From: an uncultured Candidatus Rokubacteria bacterium
Lineage (GTDB): Bacteria; Methylomirabilota; Methylomirabilia; Rokubacteriales; CSP1-6
DNA: 64,000 bases
NCBI GenBank assembly: GCA_963789955.1
Contig: CAWBMV010000020.1
Coordinates: forward strand, 64,001 to 128,000
Reading direction: 5' to 3'
Shown: one piece after another, positions 63,184 through 64,000 of the stretch
How positions within the stretch are numbered: position 1 is the first letter of the stretch
How the letters are laid out: every line of letters begins with the position of its first letter
Notes under the pieces: model-generated
Seen by the model: only the letters and a program-made list of their open reading frames with translations
The model's database searches: none
What the model was told of the DNA's origin: nothing
Made by a program: the position numbers and the translations under genes

Positions 63184-63220
63184 TGTACGCTGCGCGGGCT
63201 CCGTGATACGTTGCGGGGGC

Positions 63221-64000
63221 ATGAGAGCCTTGATGCTCGGGCTCCTCCTCGTGGGCGCCTGGCTCGGTGCTCCAAGTCTCCTCGCGGCGTACTCGGTCCA
63301 GGAAGCGATCCTGCGCGTCAAGCCGGCCGTCGTCCTCATCACGACCGAAGTGCGCGGCGACGTCACCTTGAATTGCGGGCGCGGCCCCATCACGGTCAGC
63401 CCGGCGCCGTACATCGAGACCGGCACCGGCTGGTTCGTCGACGGCCGCGGCTACGTCGTCACCAACGCCCACGTCGTCGACCCCGCCCATCGCCTGCCGC
63501 CCTGGGTCACGCACGAGCTGAAGAAGAAGGCGATCGAGCAGGCGTGCGTCGAGCCGCAGCTCAAGGCGCGCGGCCTCATGCACGGGCAGCGGCCGGACGT
63601 CGAGGAGAGCGATCCGCCAGGCCGCCGCGAGCGGTCGCCCTGGCCAGCGCCAAGCTCGAGGCCGAGCCCCAGATCACGGTGATGCTGTCGAACGGCGTGA
63701 AGCTCCCGGCGGAGGTCCAGAAATTCAGCCCGCCGCCGACGGTCGACAGCGCTGGGCAAGCCGACTCCGGACTCCGGGCGCGACCTCGCGCTGCTTCGGG
63801 TGCAGGACGGCGTCTATCCCGCGATCGGGCTCACCACGCGCGAGGTGCAGATCGGCGATCCGGTGCACATCCTGGGCTTCCCGGGCGTCGTGCTGTCCCA
63901 CGAGCTCCTGAACCAGAACGTGACGCTCGAGGCCTCCGCCACGAACGGCGCCGTGTCCGGCTTCAAGATGGACGTCATCAACCAGGACCTGGTCCAGACG
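63221..64000 (+). CDS. Trypsin-like (S1C) serine protease, partial, runs off the window
   Basis: Signal peptide, KPAVVLI, GTGWFV, VTNAHVV (His), DLALLRV (Asp), GDPVHILGFP. Confidence 0.85.

Noticed and set aside
1687..64000. Many frameshifts (int, arc, serA, murF, pgeF, IOR, pepN, crcB etc.) as pseudogenes or programmed frameshifting
   Set aside because: They hit essential genes such as murF at scattered sites with no shared slippery motif or premature-stop decay. Long-read indel errors explain them best.
1..64000. CRISPR array or rRNA genes
   Set aside because: No regularly spaced direct repeats, cas genes or rRNA-like sequence seen.

Overview
High-GC bacterial chromosomal window. Gene repertoire suggests Ca. 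Rokubacteria/Methylomirabilota, but this is inference only. Many single-base indels split clearly functional genes, consistent with an unpolished long-read assembly. Left to right: (1) the right end of an integrative element, with small phage-like ORFs and a tyrosine integrase abutting the 3' end of tRNA-Lys(UUU); (2) a deleted beta-helix gene; (3) an orphan proteasomal ATPase ARC/Mpa with a C-terminal GQYL motif and a sigma54-type promoter; (4) a ~29 kb minus-strand run from mraZ through the dcw cluster (lacking murG and ddl), pgeF, yggS, proC, yggT, divIVA, DUF167, mtnA, a SagB-like oxidoreductase, serine-synthesis genes, hisZ and purA; (5) an amidase and peptide ABC transporter, adenine deaminase, arfB and a fused IOR-family oxidoreductase; (6) the main finding, a compact putative RiPP cluster at 50.2-56.2 kb. 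The cluster has an S26 peptidase, a degenerate and an intact HprK-like kinase, a PqqD/RRE, a radical SAM-SPASM enzyme, a 53-aa YxxPxL-leader Cys/Ser/Thr-rich precursor, a nucleotidyltransferase and a convergent pseudo-S26/methyltransferase fusion. (7) GGT, a pentaheme cytochrome c, an M1 aminopeptidase, DUF190/crcB, a cupin and a partial trypsin-like protease. A small Arg-rich 'LDRR...RR' protein family occurs three times. No CRISPR array or rRNA was seen.
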